Of a stretch of DNA of 64,000 nucleotides, positions 42,445-53,354 are shown in pieces. The stretch comes from Candidatus Parcubacteria bacterium. Lineage in GTDB: Bacteria; Patescibacteriota; Minisyncoccia; Phycocordibacterales; Zambryskibacteraceae. The translations under genes were made by a program, and so were the position numbers. The notes under the pieces are model-generated. The model did no database searches. It was not told where the DNA came from and saw only the letters and a program-made list of their open reading frames with translations. The DNA is taken from the NCBI GenBank assembly GCA_019661785.1, contig JAIFWP010000001.1, positions 11,545 to 75,544 of the forward strand, read 5' to 3'. Every line of letters starts with the position of its first letter. The first letter of the stretch is position 1.

Positions 42445-45400
42445 ATGCCAACCAAATCGTCGGCTAGACCGAAGAAGTTCTTCGGCCGTTTCCGGGAGCC
42501 TCTTACAGAGAGTCCCAATTTCGTCGTTTCTCAGGTAGACAGCTTCAAGTGGCTCATAGAGCACGGCTTGAAGGAGATTTTCCAGGAGTTCTCAAGCATT
42601 AAGGACTTCTCCGAGAGGAAGTTCCAACTCGACTTCGTTGGCTTTGAGCTAGAGAAGCCCAAAATGACCGAGTTCGAGGCTAAGGACAAGAAGCTCTCAT
42701 ACGAGGCGCCTCTCAAGGTCACAGTAAAGCTCAAAAACCTTATCCACAAGACAGAGAAGGAGCAGGAGCTCTTCATGGCGGACTTCCCGCTCATGACCGA
42801 CCACGGCACCTTCATCATCTCCGGCATCGAACGCGTCATAGTGCCCCAGCTTGCGCGCTCTTTCGGCGTCTTCTTTACCGCGGCTGAGGTCAAGGGCAAG
42901 AGGACCTTCGGCGCTAAGATCATCCCGGCTCGCGGAGCTTGGATAGAGTTCGAGACTGATGCAGACAATGTTATATATGTGCGCATAGACAGGAAGCGCA
43001 AGTTCCCAGTCTCAACTCTCCTCAGAGCCTTCGGCGCTACTACGAACGAGAAGATACTCTCTCTCTTCTCTGGCATGCCAGAGGCCAAAGTCTATATAGA
43101 GAAGACCCTTGCCAAGGACCACACGCTTAACGAGGTGGATGCCGCTATCGAGATACACAAGCGCCTCCGCGACGGCGATCTAGCTTCTGCAGAGAACGCC
43201 AAAGAATTCGTTAAGTCGATATTTAACGAAGAGCGCTACGACATACACAAGGTTGGACGATACTCGTTCATCCGACGCTTCGGCCTGAAGGATACTCCTA
43301 AGGAGATAGAGCGCAGAACGCTCTCCATTGATGACCTCCAGATCATCGTCAAACACATCATAGAGTTGAACACCACTCCAAACGCGATGCCAGACGACAT
43401 CGACCACCTCGGCAGCCGCCGAGTACGATACGTCGGTGAACTCTTCCAGCAGAAGATCCGCGTAGGTATGGCCCAGATAAAGAGGAACATCCAGAACAGG
43501 ATGTCGACCATCGACACCGACGTAACTTTGCCAGTGCAATTCATCTCGCCTAAGCCTTTGCAGGCCCGCATCAAGGAGTTCTTCACTACGAACCAACTTT
43601 CCCAGTTCATGCAGCAGGAGAACACCCTTGCTGAGATAGAGCACCTCAGAACGCTCTCGGCCCTTGGTCCCGGCGGATTGAACCGCGCTCGAGCAGGCTA
43701 TGAGGTCCGCGACGTGCACCCTTCGCACTACGGACGCCTCTGTCCTATCGCCACTCCTGAAGGTCCGAACATCGGTCTTATCTTGCGCTTGGCAACTTAC
43801 GCCCGTGTGAACGATTTCGGCATGATAGAGACTCCATACGCTGTTGTGAAGGATGGCTCTATAACCACTGAGATAAAGTACTTAAACGCGCTCGAGGAAG
43901 AGCAGTACAACATCGCTCACGCAGCTACTGTCGTCGAGGACAACAAAATCATCCCTGAGATAGTCGACGTGCGCCACAAGGGCGAGCCGCATACAGCTCA
44001 CAGGAAGGATGTGCACTTCATCGACGTGGCTACGAACCAGGCTTTCTCTGTCTGTACTTCCATGATTCCGTTCCTAAACCACGACGACGCCAACCGAGCA
44101 TTGATGGGTTCGAACATGCAGCGCCAGGCTACGCCTTGTATCATCCCTGAGGCACCGCTAGTTGCCACAGGCATTGAGGAGAAGGCAGTTAGAGACACTG
44201 GACGCCTCATTATCGCTCCTTGCGCCGGCACCATAAGCTACGTCGACGGCAAGAAGATTGTCCTCACCGACAACAAGGAGGACGAGCACGCTTTCCCACT
44301 CGTGAATTTCTCTATGACGAACGGCTTTACCGCCTTCCATCAGCGACCAGTCGTCGAGCTTGGTCAGAAGGTCAAGAAGGGAGATGTCCTCGCAGACACC
44401 TCTACCTCCGAGCATGGACAAATGGCCTTGGGACAGAACGTCCTTGTGGCCTTCATGTCTTGGAGCGGCGCTAACTACGAAGACGCCATCATCCTCTCTG
44501 AGAGACTCGTTAAGGAATCCAAGTTTACCTCCATACATATTGAGGACTTCATTGTGAACGTCCGAGACACCAAACTCGGTCCCGAGATTACGACCTGCGA
44601 CATCCCTAACGTCGGCGAGGCAAAGCTCAAAAACTTGGCTGAAGACGGTATCATCCGCGTCGGCGCCGAGGTTCGCCCCGGCGACATATTGGTCGGTAAG
44701 ATTACCCCTAAGGGAGAAAGCCAGCTCACTCCTGAGGAGCGCCTGCTCCGCTCGCTCTTCGGCGAGAAGGCAAGAGATGTGAAGGACACATCGAAGCGCA
44801 TGGAAGGCGGTAAGAGAGGACGCGTTATCTCAGTACAGGTCTTCTCGAGAGAGAGGGGAGACAAGCTTGAGAGCGGCATCTTGAAGCAGATACACATACA
44901 GGTTGCGCAGCTTCGCAATGTCTCTGTCGGTGACAAACTCGCCGGACGCCACGGTAACAAGGGAGTCATCTCCCGCATCCTCCCAGTTGAGGATATGCCA
45001 TACATGGAAGACGGTACTCCTATCGACGTCATCCTCACTCCGCTTGGCGTGCCGAGTCGCATGAACTTGGGCCAGATTCTTGAGATGCATCTTGGTCTCG
45101 CTGCCCACACTCTTAACTACCAGGCTATCGTGCCTCCATTTGCCGGAGCCGAGGAAGACGAGATTAAGAGCGAGCTCAAGGCCGCAGGCTTCAAGGAGAA
45201 CGGCAAGATGAAGCTCTACGACGGACGCACGGGCGTAGCCTTTGACCAGGACATCGCTGTCGGCTACATGTACATCTTGAAGCTCCACCACATGGTCGAG
45301 GACAAGATACACATGCGCTCTATTGGACCTTACTCCTTGATTACTCAGCAGCCTCTCGGAGGCAAGGCTCAGAACGGAGGCCAGAGATTCGGAGAAATGG

Positions 45401-45630
45401 AAGTGTGGGCTCTCCTCGGACACGGCGTAGGACACATCCTCCGCGAGATGCTCACTATCAAGTCTGACGACATCACTGGACGTTCAGCAGCCTTCGACTC
45501 CATCGTGAAGGGCGAGAAGCTCCAGGAGCCAGGCACCCCAGCCTCCTTCAATGTGCTTGTGAACAACTTGAGAGGACTTGCGCTCGACATCGAGGCCAAG
45601 AAGAGACCAATGGAGCCAAATAACGAATAA
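42445..45630 (+). CDS. rpoB: DNA-directed RNA polymerase beta subunit
   Basis: Full-length beta with conserved blocks, e.g. GEMEVWALLGHGVGHIL. 1061 aa. Confidence 0.97.
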   Translation: MPTKSSARPKKFFGRFREPLTESPNFVVSQVDSFKWLIEHGLKEIFQEFSSIKDFSERKFQLDFVGFELEKPKMTEFEAKDKKLSYEAPLKVTVKLKNLIHKTEKEQELFMADFPLMTDHGTFIISGIERVIVPQLARSFGVFFTAAEVKGKRTFGAKIIPARGAWIEFETDADNVIYVRIDRKRKFPVSTLLRAFGATTNEKILSLFSGMPEAKVYIEKTLAKDHTLNEVDAAIEIHKRLRDGDLASAENAKEFVKSIFNEERYDIHKVGRYSFIRRFGLKDTPKEIERRTLSIDDLQIIVKHIIELNTTPNAMPDDIDHLGSRRVRYVGELFQQKIRVGMAQIKRNIQNRMSTIDTDVTLPVQFISPKPLQARIKEFFTTNQLSQFMQQENTLAEIEHLRTLSALGPGGLNRARAGYEVRDVHPSHYGRLCPIATPEGPNIGLILRLATYARVNDFGMIETPYAVVKDGSITTEIKYLNALEEEQYNIAHAATVVEDNKIIPEIVDVRHKGEPHTAHRKDVHFIDVATNQAFSVCTSMIPFLNHDDANRALMGSNMQRQATPCIIPEAPLVATGIEEKAVRDTGRLIIAPCAGTISYVDGKKIVLTDNKEDEHAFPLVNFSMTNGFTAFHQRPVVELGQKVKKGDVLADTSTSEHGQMALGQNVLVAFMSWSGANYEDAIILSERLVKESKFTSIHIEDFIVNVRDTKLGPEITTCDIPNVGEAKLKNLAEDGIIRVGAEVRPGDILVGKITPKGESQLTPEERLLRSLFGEKARDVKDTSKRMEGGKRGRVISVQVFSRERGDKLESGILKQIHIQVAQLRNVSVGDKLAGRHGNKGVISRILPVEDMPYMEDGTPIDVILTPLGVPSRMNLGQILEMHLGLAAHTLNYQAIVPPFAGAEEDEIKSELKAAGFKENGKMKLYDGRTGVAFDQDIAVGYMYILKLHHMVEDKIHMRSIGPYSLITQQPLGGKAQNGGQRFGEMEVWALLGHGVGHILREMLTIKSDDITGRSAAFDSIVKGEKLQEPGTPASFNVLVNNLRGLALDIEAKKRPMEPNNE

Positions 45631-45635
45631 CTGCC

Positions 45636-48600
45636 ATGACCATCATCAACAAAAAAGTCGTCGATACAAAAGATTTCGACACCATAGGCATCAGGCTCGC
45701 CTCACCGGAGCGCATCAAGGAGTGGTCCTACGGAGAAGTGACCAAGCCCGAGACTATCAACTACCGCACCCAGCGCTCAGAAAGGAACGGCCTCTTCGAC
45801 GAGAAGATTTTCGGCCCGGACCGCGACTTTGAGTGTTACTGCGGTAAGTACAGAGGCATTCGTTACAAGGGTATCGTCTGTGAGAAGTGCGGTGTTGAGA
45901 TAACCCGCTCCATAGTGCGCCGCGAGAGGATGGGACACATTGAGCTCGCCTCGCCAGTTGCTCACATCTGGTTCCTTAAGAATGTACCTTCCCGCATCTC
46001 GCTCATCATGGGCATCCCAGTAGTCGACCTGGAGAAGGTCATCTACTTTGCTGGCTACATAGTGACCTCAGTATCCGAGCAGGAGAAGTCTCGCGTGCTG
46101 AAGGACCTCGACTCCGAGTTCAAATCCAAAGTGAAGAGTCTTCACGATGACAAGGCCAAGGAGTCCCTGAAGGAACTCGCCACACAGACCAAGCACGACA
46201 TCGAGTCGCTCGTCCCAGGACGCGTCCTCGACGAAGTTGAGTATCACCGATTCGGCATGAAGTACTCGACCATCTTCGAGGCAGGCATCGGCGCAGAAGC
46301 TATATATGAGATCTTGAAGAAGACAGACATGAAGAAGCTCCTCGCCGAGCTTGAAGAGGCTCTGACTAAGGCTCCCGCTACTGACATCGTCCGCTTGAAC
46401 AAGCGCATCTCCACCGTGCAGTCGATGATAAGCGCAGGCACTCGCCCTGAATGGATGTTCCTCACTCGCATCCCAGTCATCCCTCCGGCTATACGCCCAA
46501 TGGTCCCCCTAGACGGTGGACGCTACGCTACTTCTGATGTGAACGACCTCTACCGACGCGTCATCAACCGCAACAACCGTTTGAAGAAGTTGAAGGAAAT
46601 CAACGCTCCGGATGTCATTCTACGTAACGAGAAGCGCATCTTGCAGGAAGCTGTTGATGCTCTTATAGACAACACTATCCGCCACGGCAGCGCCGGAGGC
46701 AGCCAGGCCCAGCGCCGTCCACTGAAGTCGCTCTCCGATAACCTTAAGGGCAAGCGTGGTCTCTTTAGACAGAACCTCCTCGGCAAGCGCGTGGACTACT
46801 CCGGACGCTCCGTCATCATCGTCGGTCCTGAGCTCGCTCTCCACCAGTGCGGTTTGCCTAAGCACATGGCGCTTGAGCTCTTCAAGCCATTCGTCATCTC
46901 TGAGCTCTTGAAGAGGGAACTTGCTTACAACATCCCAGGAGCAAGACGACTCATTGAAGACGCTATACCAGAGGTTTGGGCCATACTCGAAGAGGTTATC
47001 CGCGGCAAGTACGTTCTGCTTAACCGCGCACCAACGCTCCACCGCCTCGGCATTCAGGCCTTCCAGCCTATACTCATTGAGGGTAACGCTATCCAGCTCC
47101 ACCCTCTCGTCTGTACCGCATTCAATGCAGACTTCGACGGAGACCAGATGGCAGTACACGTGCCTCTCTCTGACGAGGCTCAGGCTGAAGCGCGCCTCAT
47201 CATGGCCGCAGACAGGAACATCCTCAAGCCAGGTAACGGCGAGCCTGTCGTCACGAACAAGATGCTCGACATCGTGCTTGGTACTTACTGGATCACTCGC
47301 ATTATCGCAGGAGAGAAGGGCGAAGGCCGCTACTACTCGACCCCAGCTGCAGCTATCACTGCGCACGACTTCGATGTAGTGAGCCTAAGGGCGAAGATTA
47401 AGGTCCTTGCGCCTGAAACTCCTAAGTATGCGCACTTCGAGGGCAAGACCTTTGAGACCTCGGTTGGACGCATACTCTTCAACGCAGTTTTGCCTGAAGA
47501 TCATCCGTTCATAAACCATGAGATGGACCGCAAGGCTATGGGCGGACTCGTTGACGACCTCATAGAGCGCTACGGCCTAGAGTCTCTCCCAGGTATCGCT
47601 GATAAGATAAAGAACTTCGGCTTCCGCTACGCTACTCTCTCTGGAGTGACATGGGGACTCGACGATGTAAAAATCCCTGAGGCCAAGTCTGGCATCATCA
47701 AGAAGGGTCGCGACCAGGTTGCTAAGATCCTCGACCAGTGGAACGACGGTCTCCTCTCGGAGAACGAGCGCATCCAGAAGTCGGTTGAGATATGGCAGTC
47801 TATCAAGCAGGAGATTGAGTCTCTCATACCTAAGACCTTGAGCACTAAGGACTCCGTTTACGACATGACTTACTCTGGTGCTAGAGGCTCCTTCGGTAAC
47901 CTTAACCAGATGGCAGGTATGAAGGGTATCATCCAGAACGTCGCCGGCGAGGCGCTTGAGTTCCCGATTCTCTCTTGTTACAAGGAAGGTCTCACTCCGC
48001 TCGAATACTTCATCACTACGCACGGCTCGCGCAAGGGTCTCACTGACACCGCGCTCAACACCGCTAAGGCCGGATACCTCACCCGCCGTCTCTTCGATGT
48101 CGCGCAGGACGAGATAGTGACCGAGGATGATTGTGGTACCAAGGAAGGCATCTACATAACCAAGAAGACCGCATCAGGCATTGATGTGCCTCTCTCGAAG
48201 TCAGTACGCGGACGCTTCCTCGCTAAGGATATGGTAGATGAGAAGGGTACTGTGCTCTTCAAGTCAGGCCACTTCATGGAGAAGCGCGATGCGGATACCA
48301 TAGACAAAATTAATCTCGAAGGTGTTTGGGTTAGGAGCCCGATGGTCTGCAAGTCTGTACACGGACTCTGTGTTAAGTGTTACGGTGTTGACCTTGGTTC
48401 CAACAAGGTAGTCGAGCTAGGCGAAGCGGTAGGTACCGTGGCGGCACAGGCTATCGGCGAGCCGGGAACCCAGCTCACCATGCGTACCTTCCACGCCGGA
48501 GGTGTGGCCGCAGCAGGCGGAGACATCACGCAAGGTCTCCCTCGCGTCGAAGAAATCTTCGAGAAGAGGAAGCCTAAGAATCCAGCCATCGTCTCGCACG

Positions 48601-49271
48601 TCGACGGCACAGTGAGCGAGATTAAGATGAGCGGACACGACAGAGTAATCGTCGTCTTGCCAGACCCTGTCGAAGCCTCAACTGCCAAGTCGAAGAAGCT
48701 AGATACCGAGTACACGGTCACTCCAAACAGGAGCATCCTCACGAGAGTTGGCGCTTCGGTCAAGAAGGGCGAGATGCTCACGGACGGCTCTGCCGACCTA
48801 GACGAGCTCTTCCGCTACGCTGGCAAAGAGGCTACAGCCGAGTACATCATCCGCGAGGTATCGAAACTCTACGAACTCCAGGGAGCAGCGGTCTCGCACA
48901 AGCACATCGAGCTTATCATCAGACAGATGTTTGCTAGGCGCAAAGTCAGAGATGGCGGCGATAGTGCCTTCAACCGCGGCGACGTGGTCGAGGTCTCTGA
49001 GCTTCATGGCACCGAGGTTAAGGCAGATGCAGTTATCATGGGCATCACTGAGGTTGCTCTCTCCAGAGCTTCCTTCCTCTCGGCAGCATCCTTCCAGCAC
49101 ACGCCAAGAGTTCTTATCCAAGCAGCCCTACGAGGCGTGCAGGATGAGCTCTTGGGTCTCAAAGAGAATGTTATTATTGGCAGACTGATTCCCGCAGGTA
49201 CCGGTTTCGAGGGCAGCTACAAGCAGAAACTCATATGCGAGGAAACGTCGAAGAAGTCAAAGACAGGCTAG
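45636..49271 (+). CDS. rpoC: DNA-directed RNA polymerase beta' subunit
   Basis: Zn-binding [21 protein letters not shown], catalytic [16 protein letters not shown]. 1211 aa. Confidence 0.97.
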   Translation: MTIINKKVVDTKDFDTIGIRLASPERIKEWSYGEVTKPETINYRTQRSERNGLFDEKIFGPDRDFECYCGKYRGIRYKGIVCEKCGVEITRSIVRRERMGHIELASPVAHIWFLKNVPSRISLIMGIPVVDLEKVIYFAGYIVTSVSEQEKSRVLKDLDSEFKSKVKSLHDDKAKESLKELATQTKHDIESLVPGRVLDEVEYHRFGMKYSTIFEAGIGAEAIYEILKKTDMKKLLAELEEALTKAPATDIVRLNKRISTVQSMISAGTRPEWMFLTRIPVIPPAIRPMVPLDGGRYATSDVNDLYRRVINRNNRLKKLKEINAPDVILRNEKRILQEAVDALIDNTIRHGSAGGSQAQRRPLKSLSDNLKGKRGLFRQNLLGKRVDYSGRSVIIVGPELALHQCGLPKHMALELFKPFVISELLKRELAYNIPGARRLIEDAIPEVWAILEEVIRGKYVLLNRAPTLHRLGIQAFQPILIEGNAIQLHPLVCTAFNADFDGDQMAVHVPLSDEAQAEARLIMAADRNILKPGNGEPVVTNKMLDIVLGTYWITRIIAGEKGEGRYYSTPAAAITAHDFDVVSLRAKIKVLAPETPKYAHFEGKTFETSVGRILFNAVLPEDHPFINHEMDRKAMGGLVDDLIERYGLESLPGIADKIKNFGFRYATLSGVTWGLDDVKIPEAKSGIIKKGRDQVAKILDQWNDGLLSENERIQKSVEIWQSIKQEIESLIPKTLSTKDSVYDMTYSGARGSFGNLNQMAGMKGIIQNVAGEALEFPILSCYKEGLTPLEYFITTHGSRKGLTDTALNTAKAGYLTRRLFDVAQDEIVTEDDCGTKEGIYITKKTASGIDVPLSKSVRGRFLAKDMVDEKGTVLFKSGHFMEKRDADTIDKINLEGVWVRSPMVCKSVHGLCVKCYGVDLGSNKVVELGEAVGTVAAQAIGEPGTQLTMRTFHAGGVAAAGGDITQGLPRVEEIFEKRKPKNPAIVSHVDGTVSEIKMSGHDRVIVVLPDPVEASTAKSKKLDTEYTVTPNRSILTRVGASVKKGEMLTDGSADLDELFRYAGKEATAEYIIREVSKLYELQGAAVSHKHIELIIRQMFARRKVRDGGDSAFNRGDVVEVSELHGTEVKADAVIMGITEVALSRASFLSAASFQHTPRVLIQAALRGVQDELLGLKENVIIGRLIPAGTGFEGSYKQKLICEETSKKSKTG

Positions 49272-50791
49272 ACATCGCCGAGGTCATCGGCGGTTATGTC
49301 AAAGTCGATAAGGCGGGGGCGAACTTCAAAGCCAAGTGCCCCTTCCACAACGAGAAGACACCTAGCTTCTTCATATCGCCTGCGCGTCAGAGCTATTACT
49401 GCTTCGGTTGCGGGGCCAAGGGAGACATCTTCACCTTCGTTGAGGAAATGGAGGGCGTCGACTTCAAAGAAGCTCTAAAGACTCTAGCCGCGAAGGCTGG
49501 AGTTGAGCTCAAGTACGAAAGAGGAGAGAGTAAGGGTGATACCGACAAGCTCTATGATGCTCTTGAGGAGGCCGCAGCCTTCTTCGAGTCAGGACTTGAG
49601 GCTAGCGCTGAAGCGAAGAAGTATCTTGCCTCGCGCGGCGTATCAGACGAGAGCGTAAAGGAGTGGCGCTTGGGTTATGTACCCGAGGACTGGCGACTCC
49701 TCCGCGAGCACATGCTCGGCAAGGGCTATGACGATGTGACGCTCACTAAGGCCGGTCTCATAAAGATGAGCGTCGACCACAAGGACAAGGAGCCTTACGA
49801 CGTTTTCCGCGGGCGCGTCATCTTCCCGATATTTGACGCTAGCGGGAGAGTCATAGCTTTCTCTGGCAGAGCTCTCGCGCCTGACGCAACGCCAAAGTAC
49901 CTTAACAGCCCTGATACGCCCCTCTTCGTGAAGAGTGATGTCCTCTATGGTCTCGACAAGGCCAAGCAGGACATAAGGAAGAAGGATTACACCGTTCTCG
50001 TCGAGGGTCAGCTAGACCTGGTCCTCTCGCACCAGTCGGGGGTCAAGAATACTGTAGCCTCGTCTGGTACAGCTTTCACAGCCCAGCACTTGGAGCGCCT
50101 AAGGCGTCTCTCGCCGAGGATACTCCTCGCCTTTGACAGTGATGAGGCGGGCAGCAAGGCATCTGAGAGGAGCACGGTGCTCGCGCTCTCATTAGGACTT
50201 GAGGTCAAGCTGGCCAAAATGCCGGAAGGCTCCGACCCGGCAGACATGGTTAAGACCAATCCCGAGAGTTGGAAAGATGTTTTGAGGAAAGCGAAGCCCG
50301 CCATAGAGGTCTTCCTCGACGAGATACTCTCGGAAGAGAAAGACGCTCGCAAAGTTGGCAAGGCCATAGAGAAGAAGGTTCTCCCTCTCATCTTGCTCCT
50401 GTCGAGCTCAATAGAGCGCTCACACTTCGTATCCCTTATAGGCAAGCGCACTGGTCTCAAGGAAGAGCATATTTGGGAGGACTTGAAGAGAGCCAAGAGA
50501 CCCGACACTGTAACGGCCACCGCAGGCAAAGAGGAGGCAAAGGCAGAGTCACCCAAAAAGCGGACTCGCGCGGAAGAGCTGGAAGAGATAAGGAGCTGGC
50601 GCAAGGAGAATCCGGGAGATATGGACTTGCGCAGGCAGGAAACCGAACTCGTCATCCTCATGAGAGTAGATGAGCTCGATAGTGAGATAGCAGAGGCGCG
50701 TATAGCGCTAGGGAGAGGGGAGAGCGAAGCGCTCGAGAAGGTATCGGCTCTCTCAAAGGAACGAGATGAAGAGAAGCGCAAATTAATATAG
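49235..50791 (+). CDS. dnaG: DNA primase
   Basis: Zinc ribbon CPFHNEKTPSF...CFGCG, Toprim EGQLDL...DSDEAG. The start overlaps the rpoC 3' end by 37 nt in another frame. Confidence 0.9.
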   Translation: MRGNVEEVKDRLDIAEVIGGYVKVDKAGANFKAKCPFHNEKTPSFFISPARQSYYCFGCGAKGDIFTFVEEMEGVDFKEALKTLAAKAGVELKYERGESKGDTDKLYDALEEAAAFFESGLEASAEAKKYLASRGVSDESVKEWRLGYVPEDWRLLREHMLGKGYDDVTLTKAGLIKMSVDHKDKEPYDVFRGRVIFPIFDASGRVIAFSGRALAPDATPKYLNSPDTPLFVKSDVLYGLDKAKQDIRKKDYTVLVEGQLDLVLSHQSGVKNTVASSGTAFTAQHLERLRRLSPRILLAFDSDEAGSKASERSTVLALSLGLEVKLAKMPEGSDPADMVKTNPESWKDVLRKAKPAIEVFLDEILSEEKDARKVGKAIEKKVLPLILLLSSSIERSHFVSLIGKRTGLKEEHIWEDLKRAKRPDTVTATAGKEEAKAESPKKRTRAEELEEIRSWRKENPGDMDLRRQETELVILMRVDELDSEIAEARIALGRGESEALEKVSALSKERDEEKRKLI

Positions 50792-50803
50792 AATAAGAAG
50801 TTA

Positions 50804-52030
50804 ATGGCCCAAAAGAAAAACAAAAAGAAGGTCAAAAAGATGAAGGCCAAAAAGACCAGCGTAAAATCGCGGGTCAAAAAGGGTGCGGCCAAGAAACAGA
50901 AGAAAGCTATAACTAAAAAGAAAGCCGTCAAAGTTTTGAAGACGAGACCCCTCTCGAAGAAGGCTCAAGAGGGTGAGACAAAGATGAACCGGCTCATAGT
51001 GAGGGGCAAGGAGAGAGGATTCATCACATATGACGAGATACTGAAGGAGTTCCCGACTATTGAGACCAATATCATCTTCCTCGACGAGCTATACGGCAAG
51101 CTCGCTAGTGCCGGAGTGGACGTGCTCGAGGGCGGCGGACTCTTAGAGATTAGGAACGAAGATGACGACAAGAAGTATTACTCCAAGTCGGACTCGGCCT
51201 ATGACTCGATACAGATGTATCTCAAAGAGATAGGTCGCTACCCGCTCATTTCGGGCAGTATGGAGAAGGAGCTTGCCCGCCGCATTGAAGCTGGTGACGT
51301 TGAGGCCCGCAACCTCTTGGCTCAGGCCAACTTGCGCCTCGTGGTCTCTATTGCCAAGAAGTATGCTAACCGTTCCCCAGACCTTACTCTCCTTGACCTT
51401 ATACAGGAGGGCAACCTAGGCCTCTATAAGGCCGTGGAGAAGTTCGACTGGACGAAGGGTTACAAATTCTCTACCTACGCTACCTGGTGGATACGCCAGG
51501 CTATTACTCGCGCCTTGGCTGACCAGAGCCGCACTATCCGCGTGCCTGTGCACATGGTTGAGACTATCGCCAAGTACAAGCAGGTCGTGCGCCGTCTTAC
51601 CCAGGACCTCGGCCGAGAGCCATTGCCAGAGGAGATAGCGCTAGAGATGAACCTTGATGTAGAGAAGATTTACCAGATAGAGAAGATAGACCAGTCTACC
51701 GTCTCGCTTGAGAGCCCGGTAGGGGACGAGGGTGACGATGGCAAGTCTAAGCTCGGCGACTTCCTCGCTGATGACAAGATACTCTCTCCGTCTGAGGAGT
51801 CCTCGCGCCGCATTATCTCCGACCAGGTCAAGGAGATACTTGGAGATTTACCGCCTAAGGAAAGAAAGATTTTAGAGATGCGCCACGGCCTTATAGACGG
51901 CTATACGCACACCCTCGAGGAAGTGGGCAAGGTCTTCGGCGTCACCCGCGAACGCATCCGCCAAATCGAAGCCAAGGCCCATGAGAAGATACGCCAACAC
52001 GAGAAAATAAATAGACTAAGAGGATATTAA
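50804..52030 (+). CDS. rpoD: RNA polymerase sigma-70 factor with lysine-rich N-terminal tail
   Basis: Regions 1.2-4 present ([27 protein letters not shown]; [22 protein letters not shown]). About 60-aa poly-Lys N-terminus. Confidence 0.92.
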   Translation: MAQKKNKKKVKKMKAKKTSVKSRVKKGAAKKQKKAITKKKAVKVLKTRPLSKKAQEGETKMNRLIVRGKERGFITYDEILKEFPTIETNIIFLDELYGKLASAGVDVLEGGGLLEIRNEDDDKKYYSKSDSAYDSIQMYLKEIGRYPLISGSMEKELARRIEAGDVEARNLLAQANLRLVVSIAKKYANRSPDLTLLDLIQEGNLGLYKAVEKFDWTKGYKFSTYATWWIRQAITRALADQSRTIRVPVHMVETIAKYKQVVRRLTQDLGREPLPEEIALEMNLDVEKIYQIEKIDQSTVSLESPVGDEGDDGKSKLGDFLADDKILSPSEESSRRIISDQVKEILGDLPPKERKILEMRHGLIDGYTHTLEEVGKVFGVTRERIRQIEAKAHEKIRQHEKINRLRGY

Positions 52031-52036
52031 AACGCT

Positions 52037-52063
52037 AAGCCGCCCCTAGGGGCGGCTTTAGTT
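52037..52063. terminator. Bidirectional terminator after rpoD
   Basis: aagccgcccc-ta-ggggcggctt then tagtt. Confidence 0.7.
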
Positions 52064-52282
52064 ATGCATGCGAGCGAGGATGTAGGGCATCACGATGTAG
52101 ATGCCGTAACCGAGCATGACTGCTCCGCATGTCCCTCTGAAGAGCCGGAACTTTGGACTCATGTCTTTGGAAAAGAGTGCCAGAAGTATGTTGGCCTCGC
52201 CGCCGATGAGGAGTACGAGAGTCCCGATCTTCAACCAGTTGAACAAAGAAAGATCCACGCACGCCTCCGATAAAAGTCTCAT
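52058..52282 (-). CDS. Possible small membrane protein (75 aa)
   Basis: Hydrophobic ORF. The longer 112-aa version would read through a minus-strand terminator, so the start is placed at Met 52282. Confidence 0.3.
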   Translation of the reverse strand: MRLLSEACVDLSLFNWLKIGTLVLLIGGEANILLALFSKDMSPKFRLFRGTCGAVMLGYGIYIVMPYILARMHN

Positions 52283-52321
52283 CCTAATGACGCACAAGGA
52301 GGACCAAACTATCAATATAAA

Positions 52322-52356
52322 AAAGAACCCCGCCGATCGTATGAGTCGGCGGGGAT
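52322..52356 (-). terminator. Rho-independent terminator for the minus-strand gene 52374-52844
   Basis: ccccgccga-tcgtatgag-tcggcgggg followed on the minus strand by ttcttttttat. Confidence 0.65.
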
Positions 52357-52373
52357 TTCGTTGGGGATACCTA

Positions 52374-52844
52374 TTACCGTGAGACAGCGGCGGCAATCCG
52401 CTTCAGGAAGCCGGGTCTGGCCGGAGTGGTATCCTTCACCTCTTCCGGGACCTGGAGGAAGCACTGGTTCATGAGGTCCATCATGATTCGGTCAATCTCC
52501 TCAGTGAGTCCGGCGCGCTTGAGCGGGCCGATGGCATCCGCCAGAACAGGGAACTGAGCCTCGTCGAGAAGGTTCACGAGATAGCCGAACTCCTTCCACG
52601 TCTTGAGGTTTTTCTGGACATCATTGAGGCAAGTGATGATCCACTTTGCTTCTCCGTCTCCTGGGGCGGAAACGTGCCAAAGCTCCTTCTTGAGCTTGTC
52701 GGCAAGGTTTTCCTCCGCCTTCGCTCTCAGCTCTGGGGTGAGGCTGAAGAACTGGTTGTTCTTCGGCAGTGAATCGGTCTCGGCACGTTGAACCATATAA
52801 AGAGCTCCTGTTTGCCATCCCGTGGCACGCGGGCTTACACTCAT
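52374..52844 (-). CDS. Hypothetical cytoplasmic protein
   Basis: 156 aa (or 140 from Met 52796). No motif recognised. Own terminator. Confidence 0.45.
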   Translation of the reverse strand: MSVSPRATGWQTGALYMVQRAETDSLPKNNQFFSLTPELRAKAEENLADKLKKELWHVSAPGDGEAKWIITCLNDVQKNLKTWKEFGYLVNLLDEAQFPVLADAIGPLKRAGLTEEIDRIMMDLMNQCFLQVPEEVKDTTPARPGFLKRIAAAVSR

Positions 52845-52922
52845 CAGCTATCCCATCGGGCACTATGAGTTAAGCTTGGGTATTATATACCATATATATG
52901 TCCTTGTCAAGTTATAAAGAAA

Positions 52923-52953
52923 GGGCGGACCTGTGAGGGTCCGCCGTTTTGTT
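52923..52953. terminator. Hairpin terminator
   Basis: ggcggacc-tgtgag-ggtccgcc then gttttgtt. Confidence 0.55.
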
Positions 52954-52965
52954 ACTGCTGTGGAG

Positions 52966-53253
52966 CTAGCCGAAGGCCGCCTTGTGTTTCTTGCGCTGAA
53001 TCACGCCGTCTACGTGCTCTGTCACGAGCCATGAGATGACGCCGGCCATGAAGCAAATGAGTACGCCCATGGAATCATGGGAGCTGAAGTCTCGTTGGCC
53101 CCGTTCGGGCTGCCCGAGCATGACCATCGCGTAGAGGATTCCGCAGATGTAGGCGTACATGATCCCACAGTCCGCCTCGTGGCTCGCATACCGCAGTGTT
53201 AGCATCAACACTGGAGGTGCGGTCACGCACAGGATGAAAAGCAAAAAGAGCAT
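52966..53253 (-). CDS. Hypothetical small membrane protein (3 TM)
   Basis: 95 aa, hydrophobic. No motif recognised. Confidence 0.4.
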   Translation of the reverse strand: MLFLLFILCVTAPPVLMLTLRYASHEADCGIMYAYICGILYAMVMLGQPERGQRDFSSHDSMGVLICFMAGVISWLVTEHVDGVIQRKKHKAAFG

Positions 53254-53354
53254 TAAACTTCTCCGTTAGGGTGGACTTATACCAAAATACCACCAATATT
53301 TGTTTAAGTCAATAGTTAAGAACTAGTAATCCATCTACATGATAAAATAGGCTC

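Noticed and set aside
46620-47366. 248-aa antisense ORF inside rpoC. Similar long antisense ORFs lie in dnaG (50008-50931), prfA (16185-17024), smc (36140-36727), gap (5207-5983) and rpoB (44475-45110).
   Set aside because: All sit opposite strongly supported conserved genes, are Ser/Ala/Arg-rich as expected from reading GC3-rich codons backwards, and have no motifs. They are typical high-GC shadow ORFs.
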